DNA from: an uncultured bacterium
GTDB taxonomy: Bacteria; Bacteroidota; Ignavibacteria; Kapaibacteriales; UBA4661
NCBI GenBank assembly: GCA_937899715.1
Contig: CALCNX010000075.1
Span: forward strand, 9,269-73,268
DNA: 64,000 nt
Direction of reading: 5' to 3'
The stretch's first letter is position 1. Every line of letters begins with the position of its first letter. The notes under the pieces are model-generated. The model saw only the letters and a program-made list of their open reading frames with translations, did not search any database and was not told the origin of the DNA. Made by a program: the position numbers and the translations under genes. Shown here one piece after another: positions 18,122-29,295 of this stretch.

Positions 18122-20170
18122 ATGGCTACTACTAAAAAATCTATGTTCACCGCACACTGCCTTGCGTTACTGGCTATATGCAGTCTGAATCTGTACGCGC
18201 AGACGGAGCCGGAAAAACGCCGTCAGGATTCCTTGAACACGCTCATCAAGCAAGTGGAGGGGCGCACGGATACTGCCGCCGCGAAAGCATTGGCAGATGC
18301 CGCTTTGGGGTATATCAATTTCGACAGCCACTACGCGCTTGAAATCGCCACCCGTGCCGACAACCTTGTTACCAATGCCTCTGTTACACCGCTCCGCATT
18401 CACGTAAAAATTGCCCTTGCGGATGTTTGCTACGCCGATAATAAATACCCCGAAGCTATCAAATACTACGACACCGCACTCGCAATGGCGCGGCGCATTG
18501 GTGCGAATGTGGAAACAGCCTATGCGCTCATTGGGCAGTCAATGATTGAACGCGACCAAGGCGCAATGGCGAAAGCATTTGCCAAAAGTTTGGAGGCGAT
18601 GGAATGTGCAAAAAATGCCAATAACCACCGCTTGACGGTAACTGCGACCATGACTCTCGGACTTGGGTACTTCGCGGCACGTGATTTTGTCAGTTCCGAT
18701 AGTATCTATGGCGTTGCTTTGCAGCAATGTCAAGGTAAAGAAGATGACGACATTCGAGCAGCAATTTACAACTGTAGAGGTATCTTGGTAGACCAGATGC
18801 AGCAGCCCCAAAGGGCGATAGAGACGTATCGCAATGGACTCATATTGGAACAGCAACTGGGGCGGTCGCGGAGAATTGGTCGAATAAGTAGCAATATCGC
18901 ACTCGTGTTTATGCGGATTGATAAATTCGATTCGGCGTTGGCGTATCAAAAAGTTTGTTTGCAACAGTATGAAAAAACTAAGTACGATGCGGGCTTGGCT
19001 AATTCTCTCAGTATTATTGGCATGACGCAGGTGAAACTCGGTCAATATCAAGACGCGATTGCCTCCGCGAAACGAGCTATCAAGCTCTCGGAGCCAAGTC
19101 ATTTTTTTCAAGAAATGAACTATGGGTACTACGTGCTGACCGAGGCGTATTCCGGCTTGGGAGATTACAAAAGCGCACTGGAGGCGAATAAACAAATGGC
19201 TGCTATTCAGGATTCTATGTACAACGCCGCCAGCGCAGAAAAACTCGCCGAACTCGAAACCGCGAAAAAAGAGCAGGAAATCAAGCTACTGCAAAGCCAA
19301 AAAGCACAAGAAAACATCATCCGTAATGCGCTCATCGCCGGAGCACTGGCACTGGTGGGCTTTGTGGTCGTGCTTGTGCGCGGAAACAACCGCAGAAAGC
19401 GTGATAATGCACAACTCGCCGAACTGAACGACAAACTCTTCGATGCAAACGAGGAATTGAGTTTGCTCACTGCTGAAAAAGACGAAATTATGAATATCGT
19501 GACGCATGGTCTGAAAAGCCAGATTTTTGGTGTTCGCACTATTGCCGAACGCATTGAGGCAGAAGCTGAAGTGCAGCATTTGCTAAGCATTGCAGAAATG
19601 TCCGTGAAGGTCGGCACAGCAGCACAGCAGATGTTTTCGCTCACCACCAATCTTCTGACGATGAACGAGGCAGAACAAGGTTTGCTGCGCCCCAAGCTGT
19701 TGCCTGTGAGTATTCATGCGGTAGTGGAGCGCGTGAGCGAGCAGTTCAAAGAATATGCCGCAGCGAAAGAAATAACGCTGCATTATGACCGCCACTCGGA
19801 AACAAGCGACACGGCAGAAGTGTTCGCCGATGAACAAATGCTCCAAGAAGTATTTGAAAATCTTATTTCCAATGCGATTAAATACTCTCCTCGCGGAAAG
19901 CAAGTGTTTATACGTTTGCTGAAGAGAAACGTCCTGATGCGCATAGAAGTACAAGATGAAGGAGAAGGCATTTCGTCGGACGATATGTCAAAACTTTTCG
20001 GAAAATTTGCGCGACTTTCGGCACAACCGACCGGCGGCGAACACAGCACGGGGTTGGGACTCAGCATCGTTAAAAAAATGGTGGAAGCAATGAATGGTGC
20101 GGTATGGTGCGAATCGGAATTGGGCAGGGGATCGACGTTTATTGTGGAGTTACCGAGTGTCAAAGCATGA
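18122..20170 (+). CDS. TPR-repeat sensor histidine kinase with the shared transmitter module and a slightly degenerate H-box (IVTHGLKSQ). The start is taken at the signal-peptide Met; the ORF itself is open from 17996.
   Basis: Signal peptide MATTKKSMFTAHCLALLAICSLNLYAQ, TPR-like repeats, a TM helix (ALIAGALALVGFVVVLV) and the C-terminus GKFARLSAQPTGGEHSTGLGLSIVKKMVEAMNGAVWCESELGRGSTFIVELP. Confidence 0.85.
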   Translation: MATTKKSMFTAHCLALLAICSLNLYAQTEPEKRRQDSLNTLIKQVEGRTDTAAAKALADAALGYINFDSHYALEIATRADNLVTNASVTPLRIHVKIALADVCYADNKYPEAIKYYDTALAMARRIGANVETAYALIGQSMIERDQGAMAKAFAKSLEAMECAKNANNHRLTVTATMTLGLGYFAARDFVSSDSIYGVALQQCQGKEDDDIRAAIYNCRGILVDQMQQPQRAIETYRNGLILEQQLGRSRRIGRISSNIALVFMRIDKFDSALAYQKVCLQQYEKTKYDAGLANSLSIIGMTQVKLGQYQDAIASAKRAIKLSEPSHFFQEMNYGYYVLTEAYSGLGDYKSALEANKQMAAIQDSMYNAASAEKLAELETAKKEQEIKLLQSQKAQENIIRNALIAGALALVGFVVVLVRGNNRRKRDNAQLAELNDKLFDANEELSLLTAEKDEIMNIVTHGLKSQIFGVRTIAERIEAEAEVQHLLSIAEMSVKVGTAAQQMFSLTTNLLTMNEAEQGLLRPKLLPVSIHAVVERVSEQFKEYAAAKEITLHYDRHSETSDTAEVFADEQMLQEVFENLISNAIKYSPRGKQVFIRLLKRNVLMRIEVQDEGEGISSDDMSKLFGKFARLSAQPTGGEHSTGLGLSIVKKMVEAMNGAVWCESELGRGSTFIVELPSVKA

Positions 20171-20261
20171 CGAATGCTGCACAGCATCTCTTGATTTGGT
20201 AATTGCCCGCACTTGCTGTATTTTGCCCCTTCCGCGCTATATCATCACCAGCTAGAGATTC

Positions 20262-21695
20262 ATGGAAACGCATAAGAGCAGTTCTCCCCACATTGAACGC
20301 GCAACAGTTCTACGAGAATGTGCCCGAATAAACTTCGGTCGCGTTCGCTTATTTGCGCTTGTCCTGTTTTTGGTTCATTGTTTTTTACTCTACCGCGATA
20401 TTACGGTTTTGCGTGTGGAGGGCTATTGGACACGGAACATAGGGTATCAGCATTTATGCACGATGCACATCATTTTGGTCGTGGGTACGGCGCTTTTTCT
20501 GCTGCTTTCTTTTTTTATTGAGCGCTTGCCGCAGAAGCGTGAACGCTGGCGAGAAGTGTACAACGGTGCTTTTGCATGGTTTGTCTTGCTTTGGTGCGCT
20601 GTACTGGCAGGTTGGGTGAATCAGCACGAACACGGATTGATTACCGAATATGTGATTGCGATTTTCGGGATTGCTGCCTCCTTTTATTTTCCGCCGTTGC
20701 AGTCTTTAGCAATGTTCGTTTCGGTGCAGGTGGTCTTTATGCTGGCTGTTGCTTCTATGCTGCCCGACCCCAATTATAGCGGGCATTACACGAACACTCT
20801 TGCAATGATTATCATTGCTTGGTTGCTAGCGCGGTCATCATTTCTTTTGACGGCGAAGAACATTACCAATCAAGAAATTATTCGTCGGCAAACGGCAATA
20901 TTAGCGGAGAATAACACCGAGCTGACGCTCAAAAATGCCCGTCTTGAAGTTCTTGATTTAGAGAAAACCGAGTTGATGGGCATTGCAGCCCACGACTTGA
21001 AAAATCCGATAACAGGTATTTTGCTTGCCACAGGTATTATCCGTCATCGTTTGCAAGATTTGCAGAAGCAGTATGTACTTGCCGGTATGGAAAAAGTTAT
21101 CGGCAAATTGACCGATATTGACGGAATAGCAGAGCGTATGCTGGACATTATCAATAAACTCTTGAATGTCAATAAAATTGAAAGCGGTACCTTAACAATA
21201 CAGAATGTGGAATTTAGCTTAGGGACAATCGTTGAAGCCGTGGTGGATTTTTATGCAGAACACGCACGACCGAAAAATATTGTACTGCGTTTGGAGAATA
21301 AGGCATCGGATGCACAAATTCATGCAGACCCGCAATTTGTGCAAGAAATTATCGAAAATCTGGTTTCTAATGCAGTGAAGTATTCGCCGCCGGATTTACC
21401 GATAGATGTTCGTTTGCTTGTACGCGAGAGTACAGTGCGATTCGAGGTGCAGGACTACGGACCAGGTTTGAGCCGTGAGGACAAGACAAGATTATTTGGT
21501 AAGTTTGCTCGCCTTTCCGCTCGCCCGACTGCCGGCGAGAATAGCACGGGGCTGGGATTGAGTATCGTTAAAAAACTCACTGAAGCCATGAACGGGCACG
21601 TATGGTGCGAGTCGGAACTTGGTAAAGGGGCAACATTTATTGTGGAACTACCGATTTCTGTGCCGGAAATAGCAGACGTAGTGCACCAGAATTGA
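20262..21695 (+). CDS. Polytopic membrane sensor histidine kinase with the shared transmitter module, slightly diverged ([43 protein letters not shown]).
   Basis: Five to six hydrophobic helices at the N-terminus, the H-box ELMGIAAHDLKNPI and a conserved C-terminus. Confidence 0.8.
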   Translation: METHKSSSPHIERATVLRECARINFGRVRLFALVLFLVHCFLLYRDITVLRVEGYWTRNIGYQHLCTMHIILVVGTALFLLLSFFIERLPQKRERWREVYNGAFAWFVLLWCAVLAGWVNQHEHGLITEYVIAIFGIAASFYFPPLQSLAMFVSVQVVFMLAVASMLPDPNYSGHYTNTLAMIIIAWLLARSSFLLTAKNITNQEIIRRQTAILAENNTELTLKNARLEVLDLEKTELMGIAAHDLKNPITGILLATGIIRHRLQDLQKQYVLAGMEKVIGKLTDIDGIAERMLDIINKLLNVNKIESGTLTIQNVEFSLGTIVEAVVDFYAEHARPKNIVLRLENKASDAQIHADPQFVQEIIENLVSNAVKYSPPDLPIDVRLLVRESTVRFEVQDYGPGLSREDKTRLFGKFARLSARPTAGENSTGLGLSIVKKLTEAMNGHVWCESELGKGATFIVELPISVPEIADVVHQN

Positions 21696-21881
21696 TAGAT
21701 AGTGGGATTTTGTTGGTGCTTCGTCTTTACCACAGAGATAATCGTTTTGGAGAAAGAACTTTTCTGGTATTGTGTGAACGTATTTTTGTCTGTTGAGTTT
21801 TTTTTGTATGTTCTCTAGCGAAAGCAAGAGCCTGTTTTACTTGAAATTCTATTTGGTGTTGAGGAGTGAAGATTTTGAGCA

Positions 21882-24707
21882 TTGTTTGTCGTTCATTTAT
21901 CACATCTATTAAGGTTTTTTGTAATGACAACTGCACATCGTAAGCCTGAAGAACCCGAAAAAACGCCTACTGCACAACATTCGATAAACGCATCTGGTCA
22001 ATCGAATGAAGAGACTCAGAGTGCTCGCAATCTGACCGTCGGCAAGGAATCTTCACGCGCCGACCAAGAAGCAACGGTAAAGGATGAACTCCAACGACTG
22101 TTTATGGTCATTTCGGCTGTCGCATCCACGCTGGATGTACAGGAACTGGCTACTATTTTACTGACCTCTGTGCATGAAATTTTGCCGTTCGATTTTGCCG
22201 GATTGGAATTGCTCAATGAAGACGGTGATACTTTTACCTACTTCGCTCCCGAAATCTACGTCAGCACCAAAACCAAGCAGCATTATACATCTATTCCCGC
22301 TCCTCGTCTTAGTTCCGACCCGCCTGACAGTTTGCTTAGTACCGTCTTCAAAGAACGGCGTAGTGTCTTTCTTCGAGAAACAGTTGTAGAGGATTTACCG
22401 CCGTATCAGCGTGCGCATTTCGCTATCACGCCGTGGAAATCACTTCTTATGCTCCCGATGGAATCAATGGGGCGTATCATTGGCTGCGTTGTTTTAAGCG
22501 GCAAGCAAACCTTTGACCTCGACACCGCACAAATCCAATCCCTTGAGCGGTATGTGCAGCAATTTACCTTTGCCTTCGTGAATGCTCGTCAGCATTATCA
22601 GCTTTTGAGGGCACAGAACGAGATTGAGCAGCATCTGGCGGATGTGGAAAAGCAGAAAGCGGCTTTTGAGCAAGCAGCGTTGGAATCGGAGATGATTGAG
22701 CTTTTTGTTCGTGTTATTAACCGCGAAAAAGGATTTGAGCCGTTGCTCAAAACTATTTTGTATCAAATCGGCTATATTATTCCTTCTGCCGAGAAAGCCT
22801 CTGTGCTGGTGTATCAGCCCGAAACAGACGATTTTCGTTTCTTACAAGTGGTGGGCTATAATTTTGAAGAGTTCCGCCCTGTGGCATTGAGTCGGCGCGA
22901 TACGCTGGAGCGTTGGATGGCACAAGAGCATCAGGCGGCTGAGGGAATTTTTATCGTCCGTACTTTTTTACGGTCAAATTTTGAAACCGTGCAAGCGCCA
23001 CCCGTGAGTGCAATGGCAATCCGTTTGGAAGTGGAGGGCGAACTTGCTGGTTTGATATTTCTTGATACATTTTCCGGCACTCATGTTTTCTCAGACGATG
23101 ATGTGCGGCGTGCTTCGGCGCTGATTGAACATATCAATAGCGCTTTTGCAAAGGCACTATCGCTGCATCGGCTCCGGCAGCAGCGGAAGCAGTTGCAAGA
23201 CTCCTACAATTATCTGGGTGTGCTGAGTGATATTGCGGCTGATATTGCCTCAACGCTTGATTTGGAAACGGTGCTGACTTCGTTGTATCATCATATTAAC
23301 CGTCTTATGGATGCTGCCTATTTTGCGATTGGTTTGTATGTGCCACAGCGGAATGTGCTACGGTTCGAGCTTGTCATACGCGAAGGCAGGCGCGATGAAC
23401 CTTTTGAGTACGACATGAATTCCGGCGATGCCTCGAAAGAGCTTGCTGTGTGGTGTGTTCTCAATCGTACCGATGTGCTCATACCAAACCCTCGCCAACA
23501 AGATACCCCGCAGACTCAATATGCGGCACTGCTTTCGCAGAACTTCTCGGTATTTTCCGGCGAACCAATCCATGAAAACCCAAGTCAATGGGCAGAAGCC
23601 TTTGCCCATAACACGCACCGCCCGGACTCCAAGCCGTTTTCTGCTCAGTCTCAAATGTATGTGCCGCTCTTTGCGAAGGAAACTGTTGTAGGTGTTGTCG
23701 CGGTGCAGTCTCCACGCCATAAAGCATATACCAACTACCACCTTGATATTCTTCACTCCATTGCCACAAACGCCGCCAGTGCACTCCTCAATGCCGAAGC
23801 ATATACAGAAATCAAGCGTCAGCAACGTATCTTAGAAGAACAGGCAGCAGAAATTGAATTGATAAACTCTCAGTTGGTGGAACAAAACTTTATGCTTCAG
23901 CGCTCAGAACAGCTCGTGGAAGAGCAAGCCCGCAGCGTTGAGGAAATGAATAGTATTTTGCAAGAGACAAACCTTACACTGGAGCAAATCAACAACGAAA
24001 AGAATGAGCTATTGGGCATCGTGGCACACGACTTGAAGAATCCGCTTTCTGCTATCATCTTGTCTGTGGATATGTTGCAACGTTTTGAAAGCAAGATGAC
24101 TGCCGATGAAAAAGAAAAACGCTTGCAATCCATCCGGGCAGTTTCTGAGCGGATGAACGAGATTATTGGTCATTTGCTGGATATTAACGCGCTGGAAACA
24201 GGCTCATTGCGGCTGAATATAGAGATTGTGAACGTTGCGCAGCTTGTCCGAGAGATTGTGCAAGAATACAGTGAACGTGCTGCCGTCAAAAACATTACTC
24301 TCAACACCACATTGCAGGTACTGGATGGCGATAACGATTGTCTTGTTAGAGCCGACGCGCGAGTTTTGCGGGAAGTCATGGAAAATCTGGTATCCAATGC
24401 AATCAAGTTTTCTTCCTTCGATAAAAATGTGAATGTGCGCATTTGCCAAGCGTTGGGCGGTATTCGCCTAGAGGTGTGCGATGCCGGACCGGGTATTTCT
24501 CGTGAGGATATGACGAAACTATTTGGCAAATTTGCTCGTCTCTCTGCACGTCCCACCGGCGGTGAGGACAGTACGGGGCTAGGGCTTAACATCGTCAAGA
24601 AACTTGTCGAAGCCATGAAAGGCAAGGTCTGGTGCGAGTCGGAGCTTGGCAACGGCGCTACGTTTATTGTTGAGCTACCAAGCGTCGCCAGTGAGGTGAT
24701 GGAATAA
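21882..24707 (+). CDS. Cytoplasmic sensor histidine kinase with GAF-like N-terminal domains and the shared transmitter module. Its variant C-terminus reads [41 protein letters not shown].
   Basis: It has no TM segment. Two regions with GAF-like features (LQRLFMVISAVASTLDVQELATILL...; LGVLSDIAADIASTLDLETVLTSLYHHINRLMDA...) are followed by a long coiled coil and the H-box ELLGIVAHDLKNPL. Confidence 0.8.
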   Translation: MFVVHLSHLLRFFVMTTAHRKPEEPEKTPTAQHSINASGQSNEETQSARNLTVGKESSRADQEATVKDELQRLFMVISAVASTLDVQELATILLTSVHEILPFDFAGLELLNEDGDTFTYFAPEIYVSTKTKQHYTSIPAPRLSSDPPDSLLSTVFKERRSVFLRETVVEDLPPYQRAHFAITPWKSLLMLPMESMGRIIGCVVLSGKQTFDLDTAQIQSLERYVQQFTFAFVNARQHYQLLRAQNEIEQHLADVEKQKAAFEQAALESEMIELFVRVINREKGFEPLLKTILYQIGYIIPSAEKASVLVYQPETDDFRFLQVVGYNFEEFRPVALSRRDTLERWMAQEHQAAEGIFIVRTFLRSNFETVQAPPVSAMAIRLEVEGELAGLIFLDTFSGTHVFSDDDVRRASALIEHINSAFAKALSLHRLRQQRKQLQDSYNYLGVLSDIAADIASTLDLETVLTSLYHHINRLMDAAYFAIGLYVPQRNVLRFELVIREGRRDEPFEYDMNSGDASKELAVWCVLNRTDVLIPNPRQQDTPQTQYAALLSQNFSVFSGEPIHENPSQWAEAFAHNTHRPDSKPFSAQSQMYVPLFAKETVVGVVAVQSPRHKAYTNYHLDILHSIATNAASALLNAEAYTEIKRQQRILEEQAAEIELINSQLVEQNFMLQRSEQLVEEQARSVEEMNSILQETNLTLEQINNEKNELLGIVAHDLKNPLSAIILSVDMLQRFESKMTADEKEKRLQSIRAVSERMNEIIGHLLDINALETGSLRLNIEIVNVAQLVREIVQEYSERAAVKNITLNTTLQVLDGDNDCLVRADARVLREVMENLVSNAIKFSSFDKNVNVRICQALGGIRLEVCDAGPGISREDMTKLFGKFARLSARPTGGEDSTGLGLNIVKKLVEAMKGKVWCESELGNGATFIVELPSVASEVME

Positions 24708-24754
24708 ATCAATAGGTGTGTTTTTCTGTACGTTAGGGTCGTAAGGTAATAACT

Positions 24755-26890
24755 ATGAGACGATTAGCCGTAATATTTGGGTTTGGTCTTGCGATTTTTC
24801 TCATCGTAAGCGAGATTGCCCCATGTTCCGTGATGGCAATGATTATTCAAAAAAAAGAGTCTGCTTCCATAGCAGTAGCAAAGCGGGATTCACTCTTACA
24901 ACTTTTGCAGCGCTATGAAAAAGAGGGTCGTCAGGATACTGTCGTTGTGAACCTCTTGTGCGATTTGTCCTACGAATTGCTGGGCATGAACCCTGCACAA
25001 TCGCTTGAGTACGCGCAACGCGCTAAGGTGATAGCGGAATCTCTCAATGACAGACGGGCATTGGCTCATGCGCTTGAAAGTGTCGGGCGTGCATACCGCG
25101 TAGAAGGTCTCTATACTATTTCTCTGGAATATTTTCTTGCTATGCTGCGTTTGGGGGAGGAATTGCATGATAATCATGTGCAAATGCTGGCTCTGCGGCG
25201 AATCGGGCAGAGTTATTCCAGTGAACGAAATTATGTGGCGGCGCTAGAATATGGTCGTAAATTCCTTACTCTGAGCACCACATTCGGCGATACGCTGAAG
25301 CGCGGGCAGGCGCTGAACGATATTGGGGCTGTACAGCGTGAGTTAGGGCAGAGCGATAGTGCACTCACAAGCCTCCGAACCGCATTGGACATCGCACGGG
25401 TGTACAATCGCCAAGATCCGTACCTTCTTTCCATTGTGTTGCAAAATATCGCTCTTGTGCATAGCAAACGTGGCGAATACGGACAAGCGCGACGATATTT
25501 CGGTCAGGCATTAGCAATGGAGCGGTATTTGGATGAATTTGTTGGGATGAGTTATTGCTATCGCGGGCTGGGGCGGATTTTTGTAGAAGAAAAAAACTAC
25601 CCCGAAGCTCTTGTCTATGCAGAAAAGGCGCTCGCACTTGCGGATAGCTACAACATTGGCTTAGAAAAGGACGCGACCTTTGCCTTGCTGTCGGATATTC
25701 ATGCCGGATTGGGGAACGCTGCTCTTGCCTTGCAATACTACAAGCGCTCGATTGCCCTGAAAGATTCCACCTCTGGTGTAGCATCGGCGCAGAAAGCTGC
25801 CACGCTGGAGCGGGCATTTCAGCAGGAAAAAAATGAAAAAATTCACGCGCTGCTTGAATCAGCAAATCAGCAAGAGACTATTATTCGTAATGCTGTCATT
25901 GCCGTCGGTGTATTGCTTATCGGGTTATCGGGCGTTCTCTATAACCGCTATCGCCTCAAAGTGCACTCGGAAGAACAACTACGGCAGACCAACGACGAAA
26001 TCCAGAGCCAGCAAACGCGCTTAGAAGAGCAGGCACGGCGCATTGAGGAGATGAATTCGGAGCTTCAGGAAAATAATGCACGACTGGTGGACACAAACAT
26101 TGAATTGGATGCCGCTAATACGGAATTACATTCGTACATTGACGAACTGAGCCGCATCAATAGTGAATTAGACGCGCGAAATGAAACGCTCCGTGAGTTG
26201 AACCGTGAGAAAAATGAATTTCTTGGTATCGTTGCGCACGACTTGAAAAATCCTCTTGCCTCAATACGGCTTACATCCGATATGCTGCAACGTTTTTCTG
26301 CCAAAATGTCTGATGCTGAAAAAGACGAGCGCCTGAAGCATATTTCGCTTATCGTGGAAAGAATGATGTCCATTATCACTAATCTCCTGAATGACAATGC
26401 TCTGGAAACAGGATTGCTCGACGTTTCTATCACAAGAGTCAATGTTTCTGAAGTCGTTACAATGCTCGTGCATGAGTATAAAGAACGCGCTGCCGCAAAG
26501 TCTATCGCACTACAAATGGCTCTCCCATTGTCGCCCTTGTACGCTCAGGCAGACAGCACGATGCTCTATACTGTTCTGGAAAATCTTCTTTCCAATGCAC
26601 TCAAGTTTTCGCTGTCCAATACAACCATCAGATTGAGTATCGAAGCGGGGGATGAGCAGTGCAGAATCGCGGTGAAGGACGAAGGACCCGGGCTGAGTGA
26701 TGGTGACCGAAAGCTCCTCTTTGGCAAGTTTATTCGTCTTTCGGCGCGTCCCACGGGCGGCGAACATTCGACGGGGCTGGGCTTGAGTATCGTCAAGAAA
26801 ATGGTGGAAGCCATGCGAGGGCGTGTCTGGTGCGAGTCGGAATTGGGCAAAGGAGCAATCTTTTTTGTGGAGTTAGCACGGCATGATTGA
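24755..26890 (+). CDS. TPR-repeat sensor histidine kinase with one TM helix and the shared transmitter module.
   Basis: Signal/TM segment at the N-terminus, TPR-like repeats (ALEYGRKFLTLS, ALVYAEKALALAD, ALQYYKRSIALKD), a TM helix (AVIAVGVLLIGLSGVLY), a long S-helix, the H-box EFLGIVAHDLKNPL and the C-terminus ...[25 protein letters not shown]. Confidence 0.85.
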   Translation: MRRLAVIFGFGLAIFLIVSEIAPCSVMAMIIQKKESASIAVAKRDSLLQLLQRYEKEGRQDTVVVNLLCDLSYELLGMNPAQSLEYAQRAKVIAESLNDRRALAHALESVGRAYRVEGLYTISLEYFLAMLRLGEELHDNHVQMLALRRIGQSYSSERNYVAALEYGRKFLTLSTTFGDTLKRGQALNDIGAVQRELGQSDSALTSLRTALDIARVYNRQDPYLLSIVLQNIALVHSKRGEYGQARRYFGQALAMERYLDEFVGMSYCYRGLGRIFVEEKNYPEALVYAEKALALADSYNIGLEKDATFALLSDIHAGLGNAALALQYYKRSIALKDSTSGVASAQKAATLERAFQQEKNEKIHALLESANQQETIIRNAVIAVGVLLIGLSGVLYNRYRLKVHSEEQLRQTNDEIQSQQTRLEEQARRIEEMNSELQENNARLVDTNIELDAANTELHSYIDELSRINSELDARNETLRELNREKNEFLGIVAHDLKNPLASIRLTSDMLQRFSAKMSDAEKDERLKHISLIVERMMSIITNLLNDNALETGLLDVSITRVNVSEVVTMLVHEYKERAAAKSIALQMALPLSPLYAQADSTMLYTVLENLLSNALKFSLSNTTIRLSIEAGDEQCRIAVKDEGPGLSDGDRKLLFGKFIRLSARPTGGEHSTGLGLSIVKKMVEAMRGRVWCESELGKGAIFFVELARHD

Positions 26891-26946
26891 AAAATATATA
26901 ACCCCTTGTCAAGAATTTTCAAGCACTTCCAAGCAAGTATCTTTCT

Positions 26947-29295
26947 TTGGACTCTAAAGTTGTAGCCCGAATTTATACGATAAAATTTATGGTGAATCCA
27001 AATGTATCAACATATAACCGAAGCATCGCGTTCTCGTCCGGATGCTTTTGTTTCTGCGTCCAAAAGTACTCGCTTCGTCACGCAGTTCTATTCATGCTCT
27101 TCGCAATAGCAAGTGGCATCCCAACAGTGGTCTGTTCTCAAGATGTTAAAAAGACATTCAACGAAAAGCAATCGACGACGGCAGTTGTTCGGGTGGATAG
27201 CACATTGCTGATTTATCGCTCAATGCCGGAAAAGCCACCATTTGCCTTTACGCGATTGCGTGGTTATGCTCTTTGGGATAAATCGTGGGAATTTCATCCT
27301 GCGGATTCCTCTCTGCTTCCGCCACCGCCCCAGAGTCCTAAGTGGGTACGCTTGAGGTCGTCAGCACTCTTTCCTTTGGATAACGACCAGCCTGCGTTTT
27401 GGAATGGTGCTGGGTGGTTTCGGCTTCGCTTGCAGTATCTCCCCGATGGAAAAGAGCTTCTTGCGCGTCAATTCACGCTTGCTTTTCAGATTGTCGGCGC
27501 GATGGACTGCTATCTGGACGGTTCACCGCTTACGTCTATCGGAACGCCACGAAGCATCGGAGCCGTGGAGCAGCTTGCTCCTTTCGGATATTATCACGTT
27601 CAGTTCTACAATCTCACATTGAAACCGAGCACGACGCATGAATTTTTGTGCTATTACACGTTCTCGCCTGTGCAATATCAGCGCAGTCTGGGGGGCTTTC
27701 GGACATCTCCGCAACTCGGCATGAGCATAGCACTGACAACACCCGAAGAGGCAGAGAAGCACAATCAATCTGCGGCGCTCTTTTGGTTTTTCTTTCAAAG
27801 TATTATCGGCTCCGTTGTCAGCATTGGTATTATTCATTTTCTCTTGTACATGGGCAGAGAACATCAGCCCGTCAACCTTATCATAGCCCTTTTCACGCTC
27901 TTTGTTACTGTTCAATCGCTCAGTTTTTACTTTCTCAACTACGCGCTCGGTCAGCCCTTATGGGTGATTTTTGCCGCTAATACGGTACTAGTCGTGGCGG
28001 CTCCGTTGTCCTTGCTTCTCGTTGTCATTTTGCTCAAGGAAATCTTCGGGCGGTACATTCACATTTCGGTAGTATTTGCCTCTATTCTCAGCGTTACAGC
28101 AACGGTTCTCTCATTTATACGCACACCACCGGGCAGTCAATTTCTTTTGATTGTCAATCTGGCGACTGCTATTTGTGTATTGATGCTGGTCGGCTATGTG
28201 TTGTTGAAGGTTGTTCAAATGTACCTGTTGCGTGTTCCCGACAAGGGACTCATGGCGTGGAGTGTTGTGTTGTTTACGATGTCATTTATGAATGAGGTTG
28301 TCTTTAGCTTTAGGAATGAGTTTCATTTTCGTCGCCCCTTTTGGAGTGCCGCGCTGATGTTAGGTTTGTATCTGCCTATCCCCTTCGCTCTGAGTGTAAC
28401 CGTTACGAAGCGCTTGCTTTCGTTGCGCGATAAGCTCAAGAAAAGTAATCTTGAACTGGAGGAGCGAGTGCAAGAGCGGACGGCAGAGCTTACTACGGCA
28501 AACGAAGAAATTGAGCGGCAGCTAGAGATATTGAATGAGCAATCGAAGGAAATCGAAATTGCGAATGCTCAGCTTCAAGAACGAAATTTGGAATTGGAAG
28601 AATTTGATAACGAAAAAAATGAGTTTTTGGGTATTGCCGCGCACGACCTGAAAAATCCACTCGCTGCTATTCGTATGGCGGTGGATTTGATGTTGCGTTA
28701 CCGCAACAGAATGACCATAGAAGAGCAAGAAGAGCGTTTGCATATCATTATGACTGTCTCGGAGCGTATGACGCTCATCATATCCAATCTTTTGGAAATC
28801 AATGCTCTTGAGCGTGGCGGCATCACACTTTCACCCACCCGACTGGATATGGTGGCAATAGCGCGAACCGCCGTGCAGGGCTATGAAGAACGTGCTCAAG
28901 CAAAGGGAATTACACTGCACTTCGAGACCAATGTACTGGTGGGCTTGGTGTATGCTGACGACCACGCGCTCGTACAAGTACTAGACAATCTCATTTCTAA
29001 TGCCGTCAAATACTCGCCTTTGGGAAAACGGGTTGTGGTGCGCATCCGTGCTGGTGCTGAAACGATAAAGGTAGAAATTCAGGACGAGGGTGAAGGCATC
29101 TCTCCTGACGATATGACAAAGCTCTTCGGGAAATTTGCACGCTTATCGGCGCGTCCCACAGGCGGCGAACATTCGACGGGTCTGGGCTTGAGCATCGTCA
29201 AAAAAATGGTGGAAGCCATGCGCGGGCGTGTCTGGTGCGAGTCGGAGCTTGGGCGTGGAGCGAAATTTATTGTTGAGTTACCCCAAAATGTGTAA
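26947..29295 (+). CDS. Sensor histidine kinase of the 7TMR-DISM type (extracellular 7TMR-DISMED2-like domain plus 7 TM helices) with the shared transmitter module. The true start is probably downstream, near 27097 (MLFAIASGIPTVV...).
   Basis: An extracellular domain of about 200 aa, then seven hydrophobic helices (ALFWFFFQSIIGSVVSIGIIHFLLY ... LGLYLPIPFALSVTV), the coiled coil, the H-box EFLGIAAHDLKNPL and the C-terminus ...[25 protein letters not shown]. Confidence 0.8.
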   Translation: MDSKVVARIYTIKFMVNPNVSTYNRSIAFSSGCFCFCVQKYSLRHAVLFMLFAIASGIPTVVCSQDVKKTFNEKQSTTAVVRVDSTLLIYRSMPEKPPFAFTRLRGYALWDKSWEFHPADSSLLPPPPQSPKWVRLRSSALFPLDNDQPAFWNGAGWFRLRLQYLPDGKELLARQFTLAFQIVGAMDCYLDGSPLTSIGTPRSIGAVEQLAPFGYYHVQFYNLTLKPSTTHEFLCYYTFSPVQYQRSLGGFRTSPQLGMSIALTTPEEAEKHNQSAALFWFFFQSIIGSVVSIGIIHFLLYMGREHQPVNLIIALFTLFVTVQSLSFYFLNYALGQPLWVIFAANTVLVVAAPLSLLLVVILLKEIFGRYIHISVVFASILSVTATVLSFIRTPPGSQFLLIVNLATAICVLMLVGYVLLKVVQMYLLRVPDKGLMAWSVVLFTMSFMNEVVFSFRNEFHFRRPFWSAALMLGLYLPIPFALSVTVTKRLLSLRDKLKKSNLELEERVQERTAELTTANEEIERQLEILNEQSKEIEIANAQLQERNLELEEFDNEKNEFLGIAAHDLKNPLAAIRMAVDLMLRYRNRMTIEEQEERLHIIMTVSERMTLIISNLLEINALERGGITLSPTRLDMVAIARTAVQGYEERAQAKGITLHFETNVLVGLVYADDHALVQVLDNLISNAVKYSPLGKRVVVRIRAGAETIKVEIQDEGEGISPDDMTKLFGKFARLSARPTGGEHSTGLGLSIVKKMVEAMRGRVWCESELGRGAKFIVELPQNV

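Noticed and set aside
20190-20204. Short palindrome atgctg-ca-cagcat after the kinase gene ending at 20170
   Set aside because: Six-bp arms with a 2-nt spacer are too tight to form a hairpin, and no U-tract follows. Chance occurrence.
21696-21923. AT-rich 230-bp region upstream of the GAF kinase, as a possible promoter or small ORF (21727..21936 minus)
   Set aside because: No recognisable -33/-7 Bacteroidota-type motif could be called with confidence. The minus-strand ORF is low-complexity and unsupported.
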